This document shows, piece after piece, positions 18,796 to 28,580 of a stretch of DNA of 64,000 bases. Position numbers and translations under genes: made by a program. Origin of the DNA: Polyangiales bacterium (GTDB lineage: Bacteria; Myxococcota_A; Polyangia; Polyangiales; Polyangiaceae); contig JBBRLQ010000018.1 of assembly GCA_038231275.1 (NCBI GenBank), positions 32,001 through 96,000 of the forward strand, read 5' to 3'. Numbering within the stretch: the first letter of the stretch is position 1; every line of letters starts with the position of its first letter. The notes under the pieces are model-generated. The model made no database searches. It saw nothing but the letters and a program-made list of their open reading frames with translations, and was not told the origin of the DNA.

Positions 18796-19791
18796 GTGAA
18801 GACGGTCGCCCTCCGAAAGTGGCTCGCCTCCGCCGGCCTCGTCGCTGCGTGCGTCTTCACGACCGGCGTTCCGCGCGACGCGGAGGCGTCCATCGTCGAG
18901 CGCGTCGTCGCCGTCGTCGGCGAGCGCCCCATCCTCCTCTCGGAGCTCCGACACCGCGCGCGCCCGCACCTGTACCGCATCCTCGCGACGACCCCCGACC
19001 CCACGCGCCAGGCCGCCCTCGAGACCGAGCTGTTCCGCGATTTGCTGAACCGCATGATCGACGATCGCCTTGAAGAGCAGGCCGCCGACAAAGCCCACCT
19101 CGCCGTCTCGCCCGACGAGATCGACGCCGCGCTCAAGAACATCGCCACCGCGGCGCGCATCCAGGTGAAGGATCTCGTCACCGAGGCGAAGAAGCAGGGC
19201 CTCACCGAGCAGGACTACCGCGACGAGCTGCGCCGCCAGGTCCTCGAAGGCAAGCTCGTGAACCTCCGCGTCCGCGGCCGCGTGCGCGTCACCGAGCAGG
19301 ACGCGCGCGCCGCGTATTCACGCGTGCTCAAGGAGATGGACAAGGAGCAGCCCGTCGACGTCAACATCCTCGCGCTCCGCATCATGCCGGGCGGCACCAG
19401 CGAGCAAGCGAAGGCGCGCGAGGTCCTCGCCGCCGATCTCGCCGCCCAGGCGCGCGCGGGCAAGGACTTCTGCCAGCTCGTGAAGGCGTATAGCGACGAT
19501 CAGACCACGCGCGAGACATGCGGCTCACGCGGCCCGCAGCCGATGAACATGCTCGTCCCCGAGCTCCAGGCCGCGCTCCGCGTCATGAAGTCGGGCGAAG
19601 TCTCGGATCCGATCAAGATCGGCAACGAAGCGCTCCTCGTCGTCCGCCTCACGCAGGAGGTCCGCGTACCCGCCTTCGAGCAAGTCAAAGATCAGATGAT
19701 GGAGCGCGCGTACGGCGAAGCGATGGAGCGCCAGCGCAAGCAGTGGTTGCTCGAGCTGCGGCGCGGCATCTACATCGACGTCCGCTTGTGA
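18796..19791 (+). CDS. SurA-like periplasmic chaperone / parvulin PPIase
   Basis: Signal peptide; IVERVVAVVGERPILLSEL SurA N-domain; F..LVKAYSDD, GEVSDPI parvulin remnant. Confidence 0.85.
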   Translation: MKTVALRKWLASAGLVAACVFTTGVPRDAEASIVERVVAVVGERPILLSELRHRARPHLYRILATTPDPTRQAALETELFRDLLNRMIDDRLEEQAADKAHLAVSPDEIDAALKNIATAARIQVKDLVTEAKKQGLTEQDYRDELRRQVLEGKLVNLRVRGRVRVTEQDARAAYSRVLKEMDKEQPVDVNILALRIMPGGTSEQAKAREVLAADLAAQARAGKDFCQLVKAYSDDQTTRETCGSRGPQPMNMLVPELQAALRVMKSGEVSDPIKIGNEALLVVRLTQEVRVPAFEQVKDQMMERAYGEAMERQRKQWLLELRRGIYIDVRL

Positions 19792-20807
19792 GCCGCTAAC
19801 CCTCTCCGCGCCCACGGCGGCCACCGACGGAATGCCGCACTGAGCGGTCGCTCGACGAATTTGGCGCTGAGTAGCGCGACGGCCACCGACGCCGCGATGC
19901 ACACGGCGAGGCGTGCCGCGATCGGAACGCCGCGTGTCACCTTCATCGCTGCGCCGATCACGTTGGGGTGAAGGAGGTAGAGCGAATACGACGCATCCCC
20001 GAGCACGCGCAGCGACGGGAGCGAGCGAAGTCCGTGTCGCGCTTCGATGGTTACCGTCCCCAAGACGACGAGAAACGCCGGCACGCCGCACCAGAGGAAT
20101 CGCCTCGGGCCGAACGCGTCGAGCCCGCTCGACGCGACGAGCGTGAACCCCGCGATCCCGACCGGGACGAGCGCGGCGCCCGTCCCGAGGCGAGGCAGAG
20201 CGCCGGCCAGCCACGCGCGCCCGAGGAGAACGCCTGCGATGAACTCGAGCAGGAGCGGGCTCGTCAGCTCGACGAGCACGATGTGCGTCGGTGGAAATAG
20301 CCACCGAAAGACGACGAGCGCGCCGAACGCCGCGGCAAGCGCCGGAATGCGCGCGGGCCGGCGGAGGAGCATGCTCGCCGCGAAGCATGCGTAGAAAAAA
20401 ATCTCGAGGTTCAACGTCCAGCCCGGCGCGACGACCGGGAAGGGTGAGCCATCGGGCGCGATGTGCGGGATGAAGAGCAGCGAGAGGACCAGATGTCCGA
20501 GGGAGAGCTTCAGGTTCGGAAACATCGCCGGCACGATCGTGGCCGCTGCCGCCGTCCCGCCCGTGACGAGCCAATAGAATGGAATGACGCGCGCGGCGCG
20601 GCGGTGAAGGAACGTCGCCGGCGTGATATCGCTCGCGGTCGTGTACTGCATGATGAAGCCGCTGATGACGAAGAAGACGTCGACCCCGGCGGCGCCGATC
20701 TCGAAGCCGAGATTGAATCGCGACGCCGCATGGAAGGCGACAACCGCGAGGGCGGCGAACCCTCGCAGCCACTGGATGCTCTCGATCGATGCGGCCTTTC
20801 CCGCCAT
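19770..20807 (-). CDS. Acyltransferase-3 (ExoZ/OafA-like)
   Basis: IQWLRGFAAL, GVDVFFVISGF, RRAARVIPFYW, GWTLNLE, GDASYSLYLLH. Confidence 0.9.
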   Translation of the reverse strand: MAGKAASIESIQWLRGFAALAVVAFHAASRFNLGFEIGAAGVDVFFVISGFIMQYTTASDITPATFLHRRAARVIPFYWLVTGGTAAAATIVPAMFPNLKLSLGHLVLSLLFIPHIAPDGSPFPVVAPGWTLNLEIFFYACFAASMLLRRPARIPALAAAFGALVVFRWLFPPTHIVLVELTSPLLLEFIAGVLLGRAWLAGALPRLGTGAALVPVGIAGFTLVASSGLDAFGPRRFLWCGVPAFLVVLGTVTIEARHGLRSLPSLRVLGDASYSLYLLHPNVIGAAMKVTRGVPIAARLAVCIAASVAVALLSAKFVERPLSAAFRRWPPWARRGLAAHKRTSM

Positions 20808-22006
20808 CACGCCCGCCGCGGGTTGCCCTTCGAGAGGTGCGAGACCGCCTCGGCGAGCCCGTCGAGCGTGAGCGGGCACATCGTGAAGACCTTCGACAGC
20901 ATCTCCGCGGTGCCGCCCCTCCAATACGACGGCGGGTCCGGGTTGATCCACACGCTGCGGCGGAAAAAGTCGGAGAGATCGGTCATCCACTTGATGCCGG
21001 GCTTCGACACGTCGCCGCTCGTGCCCGACGCGTAGTATTCCCAGTCGCCGGCGCCGAGGAGCTCCGCCGGGTGCATCGCCGCGTCGCCCACCACGACGAG
21101 TTTCCACTCGTGGCTCACGGTGTCGAGCACGTCGCGCACCTTCACCGGTTCGCTGAACGACTCGGTCTGGTAGAGGCGTCCGTAGATGCAGTTGTGGAAG
21201 TAGTAGGTCTTGAGCTCGCGGATGTTCGACGCGCGCTTGGCGGCGGAGAAGAGGCGCGAGACGAGGTGCGCGTGCGGGTCCATCGAGCCGCCGACGTCCA
21301 TGAGGAGGAGGACGCGCACGTTGCTCTTCTTCGGCGGCCTGAGGACGATCTCGAGCTCGCCGGCGTTCTTCGCGGTCTCGCGGATCGTCTCTTCGAGATC
21401 CAGCTCGAGCTCGCTCCCTTCGCGGCGGAGCACGCGCAGGCGCCGGAGCGCGACCTCGATTTGCCGGACGTCGAGCACCAGATCGGAGCGGTACGGTTTG
21501 TAGCGACGCGCGTCGGCGATCCCCATCGCGCTGCGCCCGCCGCCCTTCGCGCCGACGCGCAGCCCGCTGGGGTGTTGGCCGCCGGAGCCGAACGGGCTGG
21601 TGCCGCCGGTGCCAATCCAGCGGTTGCCGCCGTCGTGACGCTCCTTCTGCTCCTTCAGGCGCTGCTCGAAGAGGCGCCGCAGCTCCTCCATGTCGATCGA
21701 CTCGAGCATCGCGAGCTCCGCGGGCGACAGCTCGCGGCGCTTAAGCGGATCTTGGAGCCACTGTTCGATCTCGTCGAGCAGCGTGATGCTCGTCGACTGG
21801 ATGCCGCGGAAATGGCTGGAAAACGCTTCGTCGAACGCGTCGAGGTCCGCCTCGCGGTGGATGCAGAGCGCGCGCGCCACGTGGTAGAAACCGTCGAGCG
21901 AGCTCTCGTGAAGGCCGATGCCGAGCGCCTTCGCGAGGCTCATCGCCTCTTGCGCGCCGACCTTCACCTTGCGCGCGCGGAGCTCGAAGAGAAACTCGAC
22001 GAACAT
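20807..22006 (-). CDS. VWA domain protein (CoxE-like)
   Basis: GGNRWIGTGGTSPFG, MIDAS-like DVGGSM, YFHNC, VGDAAM, WINP. Confidence 0.88.
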   Translation of the reverse strand: MFVEFLFELRARKVKVGAQEAMSLAKALGIGLHESSLDGFYHVARALCIHREADLDAFDEAFSSHFRGIQSTSITLLDEIEQWLQDPLKRRELSPAELAMLESIDMEELRRLFEQRLKEQKERHDGGNRWIGTGGTSPFGSGGQHPSGLRVGAKGGGRSAMGIADARRYKPYRSDLVLDVRQIEVALRRLRVLRREGSELELDLEETIRETAKNAGELEIVLRPPKKSNVRVLLLMDVGGSMDPHAHLVSRLFSAAKRASNIRELKTYYFHNCIYGRLYQTESFSEPVKVRDVLDTVSHEWKLVVVGDAAMHPAELLGAGDWEYYASGTSGDVSKPGIKWMTDLSDFFRRSVWINPDPPSYWRGGTAEMLSKVFTMCPLTLDGLAEAVSHLSKGNPRRA

Positions 22007-23655
22007 CAGGGGCCGCCGCCTCTTCCGCAGCGGGCGTCGCCGGCGGTCTGCGCGAAGACATCGTAGTCGCCGAGCGGGACGCCGGCGGGGATGACGAGCG
22101 CGCCGGAGTACGCACCCTTCGCGTCGGTCGCGACGGTGCCGATCGGAACGAGGTGACCCTTCCTCGCGTCACGCAGGACGATCTCGACTGGCGTGTGCGC
22201 GCAGGGCTCGCCGTCGGCGATCACGTCGCCGGTGACGTGGAGGGGCGCGCCGCGTCGTGCGTCGGCGTCCACGCTCGCGAGCTTCACGGTCGACGCCGGG
22301 CGCTCGTCCTTCTCGCTCCCCGGGCTCGCGATTTGCGGCGTGCCGAGCGCGCTCGAGGACGCGCCGGGCTTCGCGACCGCGCTGCTTCCACTTCCGCTGC
22401 CGGCCGGACTCGCCGAGCCGCCGGGCGTCGCGCCGCCGGAGCTTCCGTTGCCGTTGCCGTTCGCGCCGTTTCCGCCGGGCTGACCCGGCGCGCCCTGACG
22501 ACGCGTGCGATCGGCGAGATCCTCTCCGCGCGTCGAGCCGGGCGGCCACGCGAACGGATCGGGCGGCGGATCGTGCGCGACGCTGCTCTGCACCTGACCG
22601 CCGAGCGTGCGGCCCGCGCCGCCGAGGTCGATTCGCCTCCAGAGGATCGTGTCGTGCACCTCGACCCAGGCGTGCGCCTCGTTGACGATCATGCGCGACG
22701 GGATGCCGAGGTACTGCGCGGTCACGAGGAACGCGAACGCGCGGTGACGGCATACCCCTTTGCGGGACAGGGCGAGATCCGTGTAGATGTCGCGCCCGCC
22801 GCGCGGGGGCTCTTCGGAGTCGGCGAAGCTGCGAAAATAGGTGACGAGCTTGGCGACGGCCTCACGTGGGCGCATCGCGCGGCTCACGCCGATCTTCTTC
22901 GACACGTCCGCGGCCGATGCGGTGACGTTGGGCGGGAGCGGGGGGATCGAGGACAGCCCCTCCCACGACGCGTCGGCGAACTCGCCTCCGAAGACCGCGC
23001 GCGGCACGGTGATCTGCATCACGAGGCGCGCACGACCGGCGTAATCCGAGTCTGCGAACCAGTTCTCGGCGCCGTCACGGCCAATGCGGAGCGTGACCTC
23101 TTGCGCCTCGATGCCCGCGCGCGCGTGCACGATCCGCGCGCCGGGGCCGACGCTGGGAATGCGCACGCGTCGACCGGGCACCAGATCGAGGACCATGTTC
23201 GCGTAGAACTGCTCGTCCGAGCCGTCCGCCATCGGCACCGCGTGCGTCGACATCGGCAAGAGGTGCGTGTCGCGAACGGCCAGCGTGAAATCGGCGAGGA
23301 CCGTGTCGTACGCAATGAGCCGCTTGAAGGGCGCCGTCGAGGGTACGAACGGATCGTCGTACGGCAGGACGTCGGGCCTGCGCGTGTCGCGATCGGGGCG
23401 GAACGTCGTGTCTTGCGCGTCCCGGCTCGACGTCGGGTCCTCGCGCGTCACGGGCTTGCGCGGATCGGGCGCGCGCACGAGGCCGCTGGGCGTGTTCATC
23501 GCCGCAGGCATGTCGCCGTCGACGGCGATCGAGAGCGCGAGGTCCTCCTGCGGATCGGGCGGGATGTGCTCGTGGAGGATCGGCGCGTACGCCCCCGCGG
23601 GCGGCGCGACCGCCAGCATCGCCAGCGCGAACAAGAGGAGGACGTGCCGGCGCAT
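22006..23655 (-). CDS. Secreted transglutaminase-like domain protein
   Basis: Signal peptide; GVCRHRA (Cys), HAWVEV (His), W..ID (Asp) triad; Gly/Ser linker and Ig-like tail. Confidence 0.85.
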   Translation of the reverse strand: MRRHVLLLFALAMLAVAPPAGAYAPILHEHIPPDPQEDLALSIAVDGDMPAAMNTPSGLVRAPDPRKPVTREDPTSSRDAQDTTFRPDRDTRRPDVLPYDDPFVPSTAPFKRLIAYDTVLADFTLAVRDTHLLPMSTHAVPMADGSDEQFYANMVLDLVPGRRVRIPSVGPGARIVHARAGIEAQEVTLRIGRDGAENWFADSDYAGRARLVMQITVPRAVFGGEFADASWEGLSSIPPLPPNVTASAADVSKKIGVSRAMRPREAVAKLVTYFRSFADSEEPPRGGRDIYTDLALSRKGVCRHRAFAFLVTAQYLGIPSRMIVNEAHAWVEVHDTILWRRIDLGGAGRTLGGQVQSSVAHDPPPDPFAWPPGSTRGEDLADRTRRQGAPGQPGGNGANGNGNGSSGGATPGGSASPAGSGSGSSAVAKPGASSSALGTPQIASPGSEKDERPASTVKLASVDADARRGAPLHVTGDVIADGEPCAHTPVEIVLRDARKGHLVPIGTVATDAKGAYSGALVIPAGVPLGDYDVFAQTAGDARCGRGGGP

Positions 23656-23756
23656 TCGACCCTTAGACCGTAGCAAAAGCGCCGCGCTTTGGCGCATTGC
23701 CCCAAACGCCGAGCGCCGTACGCGATGTTCGGCTTCAACTGGCCGGCCGCGGTGCC

Positions 23757-24140
23757 TCAGTGGAAGGCGTTTGCCCGCTGATTTTGGGGTGTCTGAGGCG
23801 ACGCGTGCCACGCGCCGGGCTCGTAGAAATAGGCGCCATCGCGGGTCACGTAGCGCGGACCTGCCCAGGTGCTCCCGGCGGGGGCCTGCTCCCAGTGTCC
23901 CGGAATCCAGGCGTAATGCACCCCGGTCCAGTGCCAGTACCCGGGCACCCACGCGGCTTGCGCCGATGGCGAAGGTGGCCTCTCGTCGTTGAGCGGCGCG
24001 GGCGGCGGACCGCTCACGGACACGCCGCGCGCCGGGGCCGTCGTCACGTTGGCCACGCAGCCGATCGCACCGCACGCGCACGCGCTCGCCAGCACGAGGA
24101 TCGCCACCGTCCACCCCTGCATCGCCAAAGCACGCGTCAT
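23757..24140 (-). CDS. YXWGXW-repeat protein (probable lipoprotein)
   Basis: WVPGYWHW..HYAWIPGHW repeats, PPPAP, hydrophobic N-terminus with Cys. Confidence 0.8.
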   Translation of the reverse strand: MTRALAMQGWTVAILVLASACACGAIGCVANVTTAPARGVSVSGPPPAPLNDERPPSPSAQAAWVPGYWHWTGVHYAWIPGHWEQAPAGSTWAGPRYVTRDGAYFYEPGAWHASPQTPQNQRANAFH

Positions 24141-24262
24141 GTCGCGCACCTCCTGGACTTCACCCACCGCCTCGACGACGACGGACTTGCGCCGCCGATC
24201 GTACGCCGCACGAGCCTACCATCTTCCCCGGCCCTGCGCCCGGACGGTGTAGGATACGGGCC

Positions 24263-25477
24263 GTGAGCAACGACACGCTCAAGTCGACGGATTTCACCGG
24301 GGTCGCCGCCGAGGTGGCCTCGGAGGTCGCGGCGCTCGATCCTGCCTACCGCGCGCGCCTCGCCGCCGTGGGCTTCGAGCCGCGGAAGCTCATCCAGCTT
24401 GCCGGCACGATCGATCCCTCGCGGAGCGCGGACTCCGCGCAGCGTCGTGACGTACGCAACCGCGTCGAAGGTGACGTGCGCGCGCCCGCCAAGGGAGAGA
24501 TCCTCGCGGCGTCGGAGGTGGGCTCCATCGAAGAGAAGAAGCTCGGCGCGATCGGCGAAGCCGCGATGCGCCGCGGCGAGCTGGCGTTCTGCGTCATGGC
24601 AGGCGGAATGGCGACGCGAATGGGCGGCGTCGTGAAGGCGCTCGTCGAGGCGTTCGACGGCCGCACCTTCCTCGACCTTCGCCTCGCCGAGAACGCGACC
24701 ATGAGCGCGAAGGTCGGACGCTCCATCCCGCTCTGGCTCATGACGAGCGAGTCGACCGACGGCCCCATCAACGCCGCGCTCCGCGCGAAGAAGGCGCCGC
24801 CCCACGTCCGCACGTTCCCGCAGGATCTCAGCCTCCGCCTCACGCCCGACGGCCACCTCTTCCTCGGAGAGGACGGCCTCCCCAGCGCGTACGCGACCGG
24901 TCACGGCGATTTGCCCGACGCCCTTCGTCGCGCCGGCCTCCTCAGCCGCTTCGTCGCCGACGGCGGAAAGTACCTGTGGATCGCCAACCTCGATAACCTC
25001 GGCGCGTCCATCGATCCGGCGATCCTCGGCCGCTTCATGGCCGAGGGCGGCGCGCAGGTGATGGTCGAGGTCTGCGACAAGGTGAAGGGCGATCGGGGCG
25101 GCATCCCCGTGCACGCGCGCGGGCGCCTCCAAGTTCTCGAAGAGTTCCGCCTCCCGAAGGGCTTCGACGCCACGACGGTCACCGTCTTCAACACGAACAC
25201 GTTTCTCGTCCGCGCCGCCGCCCTCGACGCTGCGCAGATCGCTTGGACGTACTTCGAGGTCGAGAAGAAGGTCGAGGGGCGGTCGGCGATCCAGTTCGAG
25301 CGCCTCCTCCAAGAGCTCACGGCGACGTTGCCCTCGACCTACCTCCGCGTCCCCCGCGACGGCGCGATCTCCCGTTTTTTGCCGGTGAAAGACAACGACG
25401 AGCTCGAGAGTCGCCGCGCTCAGATCGAGACGATCGCGCGAAATAGGGGCATGGCTCCGAAGTCCGAGACGGCCTAG
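24263..25477 (+). CDS. UDPGP-family sugar-1-phosphate uridylyltransferase
   Basis: MAGGMATRMGG..K, LMTS, FPQ, GHGD, NLDNLG, FNTN, RFLPVK. Confidence 0.85.
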   Translation: MSNDTLKSTDFTGVAAEVASEVAALDPAYRARLAAVGFEPRKLIQLAGTIDPSRSADSAQRRDVRNRVEGDVRAPAKGEILAASEVGSIEEKKLGAIGEAAMRRGELAFCVMAGGMATRMGGVVKALVEAFDGRTFLDLRLAENATMSAKVGRSIPLWLMTSESTDGPINAALRAKKAPPHVRTFPQDLSLRLTPDGHLFLGEDGLPSAYATGHGDLPDALRRAGLLSRFVADGGKYLWIANLDNLGASIDPAILGRFMAEGGAQVMVEVCDKVKGDRGGIPVHARGRLQVLEEFRLPKGFDATTVTVFNTNTFLVRAAALDAAQIAWTYFEVEKKVEGRSAIQFERLLQELTATLPSTYLRVPRDGAISRFLPVKDNDELESRRAQIETIARNRGMAPKSETA

Positions 25478-25506
25478 ACCTCCAGGCGCTACTCTCGGTC
25501 CCCCAC

Positions 25507-26013
25507 GTGCATTTCGAGATCGTTCACGAGTTCGACATCTCGCTCGACGCCATCGAGCTCGCGGTGCTTTCGCCCGGCCTCGTCGACAAGCTCGCCGCGC
25601 GTCTGCGCAACATCGAGAAGGTGGAGCAGAAGACCCACGAGCTCACGGGCGGTCGCCTCGCGCGCGTCTGGAGCTACCAGGCGAACATCAAGATCCCGAG
25701 CTTCGCCAAGAACTACGTCACCCGCGAGATGTGCGCGTGGGACGAGGTGTCGACCTACGATCTGAAGACCCACTCCTCCGCGTGGACCATCGATCCGCAC
25801 GTGAAGCCCGAGTGGAAGAAATATTTCGCGGCGCAGGGCCGCTACGAGCTCATCCCGATGGGCGACGGGCGGACCAAGCGCGTCGTCCACGGCGATCTCG
25901 AGCTGAAGGTGCCCGTCGTGCAGAAGGTCGCGGAGAGGATGATCGTGAACGAGGTGAAGAAGACGTTCGAAGCCGAGGCCGAGACGCTGCGCGATCTCGC
26001 GACGCTCGTATGA
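25507..26013 (+). CDS. DUF2505 / SRPBCC-like protein
   Basis: FEIVHEF start, helix-grip fold pattern, C-terminal helix; stop overlaps sppA start. Confidence 0.7.
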   Translation: MHFEIVHEFDISLDAIELAVLSPGLVDKLAARLRNIEKVEQKTHELTGGRLARVWSYQANIKIPSFAKNYVTREMCAWDEVSTYDLKTHSSAWTIDPHVKPEWKKYFAAQGRYELIPMGDGRTKRVVHGDLELKVPVVQKVAERMIVNEVKKTFEAEAETLRDLATLV

Positions 26014-28580
26014 GCGGCATGAGGCGCATGAGAGGGAGCGCGGCGAAGAGAGGCGTCACGACGCAGGCGTTCGTCGTCGCGGGCCTCGTCGGCCTGGCGT
26101 GCGGGAGCGCGTCGGCGAGCGAGCCGATGCCGACGCGCGCGGAGCGGATCCCGTCGCCGGGGCGCAGCATCGTGAGTGATGAGTCGGGCGAGGCCGTCTC
26201 GCTGAACCCCGCGAACCTGGCATTTTCGCCGGGGGCCGAGCTTCGCTGGACCGGCGTGCGCTGCCCCGACACGCACAAGGTCGGGTGCGGTCACGCCTTC
26301 ACCGTGTCGTCGCCGCTCTTCTTCGGCCTCGCGACCGGATTTCGCGTCGACTACGTGACGCCGCCCGGCGGGCCCGACGGTCCTGGGTTTCCGTACAACG
26401 GCTTCGACTACACCTGGATCACGTGGGGCCTCGGCTACCGGTACGGCGAGAAGCTCGCGGCGGGCGTCACGCTCCAGCGCTCTTACTCGACGAACTCGTA
26501 CACCGACGCGCTCTTCGGGATCACCGCGGGCGTGTCGTATCGGCCGTACACGCGCTTCGGCTTCGCGGCGGTCATTCGCGACTTCAACGGGCCGTCGATG
26601 CAGACGCTCCAGCCCAACGGACAGCCGATCCTCGATCGCAGCTACGCGCTCGGGATGGCGTTCCGGCCCACCGCGACGCGCGCCTTCGAGCTCGGCGTCG
26701 AGGCGAAGTACCTCGAGGGGAGCGACCAGGTCGTGCCGCGCGGCACCGCCGTCGTCGAGATCCCCGGCGTGGGCCGTGCGCGGGGTGACATCGAGGTCGC
26801 CAACCTCGGCAACGATCAGCGCCGCGGCATCGTCGCCTCCGCGGGCCTCGAGATCTCGTACCAGAACATCACCGCGGGCGGCGGAGCGCTGTTCGGCAGC
26901 GGGCTCGGCACGCCGCAGAGCACCGGCCAATACGCGACCGTCGCGATCTCGGCGTACACGAACCCCGGCGTGCCGCGCCTCGCGCGCGCGGTGTGGATCC
27001 GCAACGAGAGCGTCCCCGGCCCACGCAGCCACACCGCGCTCCTCCGTCGCCTCTGGCGCATCGCCGACGAAAAGGACGTCTCGGTCGTCACGATGGTCAT
27101 GCGCGCCGAGCCCGCCGCGTCGTACGCGCACGCCGAAGAGCTCGCCGACGCGTTCCGCCTCCTCCGCGCGAAGGGCAAGAAGGTCCTCTGCTCGTGGGAG
27201 AGCGCCGGCTCCAAGGCGCTCTACGCGTGCGCGAGCGCCGATCGCATCGTCATCAACCCGAGCGGAACCTTGCACTATGCAGGTATCCGCACGACCTACT
27301 TCTACATCGGCAAGCTCCTCGCGAACCTCGGGATCAAGGCCGAGATCGTGCGCATCGGCGTGTACAAAGAGGCGCCCGAGCAGTTCACGAACGAGGGCGG
27401 GAGCGACATCAACCGCGCCAACCACGAAGACTTCCTGCGCCAGCACGAGGCGGTCAGCGTGAAGAACCTCTCGGTCTACCGGAAGATCCCGGAGGAGCAG
27501 GTCCGCGCGTCGGTCGCCAAGGGCCCGTTCGTCGCAACCGACGCGCGCGAGGCGGGTTTCGTCGACGGGTTCGCCTTCGACGACGAGCTCGAGCGCGTGA
27601 GCAAGGAGCTCGCGGGCCGCAACGTGTCGTACACCAAGTGGGAGGACGAGACGAAGTCCCACGACTACTTCGGCGCGAAGAAGAAGGTCGCCATCCTCTA
27701 CGTCGACGGCGACATGGTCGACGGTCGTTCGTCGCGCATCCCGCTCATCGACATGCACCTCGTCGGCGGCTACACGATCGCCGAGACGGCGAAGCAGCTC
27801 CGCGAGGACAACGAGATCAAGGCGGTGGTCCTGCGCATCGAGAGCCCCGGCGGCTCCTCGCTCGCAGCGGAGGTCATGTGGCGCGAGCTGTCGCTCCTCG
27901 CCGCGAAGAAGCCGCTCATCGTGTCGATGGGCGGCGCGGCGGCGAGCGGCGGGTACTACATCGCGTCGGCGGGCACGCAGATCTTCGCGCTCCCTCTCAC
28001 CCTCACCGGTTCGATCGGGATCTTCTCCGGCAAGGCGGACATCAGCGAGCTCTTGAAGCGTATCGGCCTCAACGTCGAGACGTTCAAGACGAGCGAGCAC
28101 GCCGACGCCGACTCGTACTTCCGGCCGTACACCGAGGACGAGAAGGCGGCCGTGATGCGCCAAATCCGCCACTTTTACGACATTTTCCTCGATCGCGTCG
28201 CCACCGGGCGTCACATGACGAAGGAGCAGGTCGACGCGGTCGCGCAAGGGCACGTGTGGACCGGACAGCAAGCCGTCGAGCGAAAGCTTGTCGACAAGCT
28301 CGGCGGAATGCGCGAGGCGCTCGAAGCCGCGCGCGCCGCCGGAGGGCTGCCGAGCGACGCGCCGATCTCCGAATACCCGGTCGTCGAGCCGACGCTCCTC
28401 GATCGCGCGCTCGAGCTCGTGGGCGTGCGTGCCGGCGCGCTCACGATCGATGGGCTCCCCGTTCAGGTGAAGGACGTCGCGCGGGCGATCGCGCCGCTCG
28501 CCATTCACTCGAGCAGAGTGCCGCTCGCGCGCACGGAGTGGACGGCGCTCGAGGACGTCACCGGGACGGATCCGGAGTAG
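26010..28580 (+). CDS. sppA: Signal peptide peptidase SppA with N-terminal predicted beta-barrel
   Basis: Two S49 domains (IGVYKEA; LRIESPGG, VSMG..AASGGY, TGSIGI, GHVWTG); N-terminal ~300 aa of amphipathic strands with NPA motif. Confidence 0.88.
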   Translation: MSGMRRMRGSAAKRGVTTQAFVVAGLVGLACGSASASEPMPTRAERIPSPGRSIVSDESGEAVSLNPANLAFSPGAELRWTGVRCPDTHKVGCGHAFTVSSPLFFGLATGFRVDYVTPPGGPDGPGFPYNGFDYTWITWGLGYRYGEKLAAGVTLQRSYSTNSYTDALFGITAGVSYRPYTRFGFAAVIRDFNGPSMQTLQPNGQPILDRSYALGMAFRPTATRAFELGVEAKYLEGSDQVVPRGTAVVEIPGVGRARGDIEVANLGNDQRRGIVASAGLEISYQNITAGGGALFGSGLGTPQSTGQYATVAISAYTNPGVPRLARAVWIRNESVPGPRSHTALLRRLWRIADEKDVSVVTMVMRAEPAASYAHAEELADAFRLLRAKGKKVLCSWESAGSKALYACASADRIVINPSGTLHYAGIRTTYFYIGKLLANLGIKAEIVRIGVYKEAPEQFTNEGGSDINRANHEDFLRQHEAVSVKNLSVYRKIPEEQVRASVAKGPFVATDAREAGFVDGFAFDDELERVSKELAGRNVSYTKWEDETKSHDYFGAKKKVAILYVDGDMVDGRSSRIPLIDMHLVGGYTIAETAKQLREDNEIKAVVLRIESPGGSSLAAEVMWRELSLLAAKKPLIVSMGGAAASGGYYIASAGTQIFALPLTLTGSIGIFSGKADISELLKRIGLNVETFKTSEHADADSYFRPYTEDEKAAVMRQIRHFYDIFLDRVATGRHMTKEQVDAVAQGHVWTGQQAVERKLVDKLGGMREALEAARAAGGLPSDAPISEYPVVEPTLLDRALELVGVRAGALTIDGLPVQVKDVARAIAPLAIHSSRVPLARTEWTALEDVTGTDPE

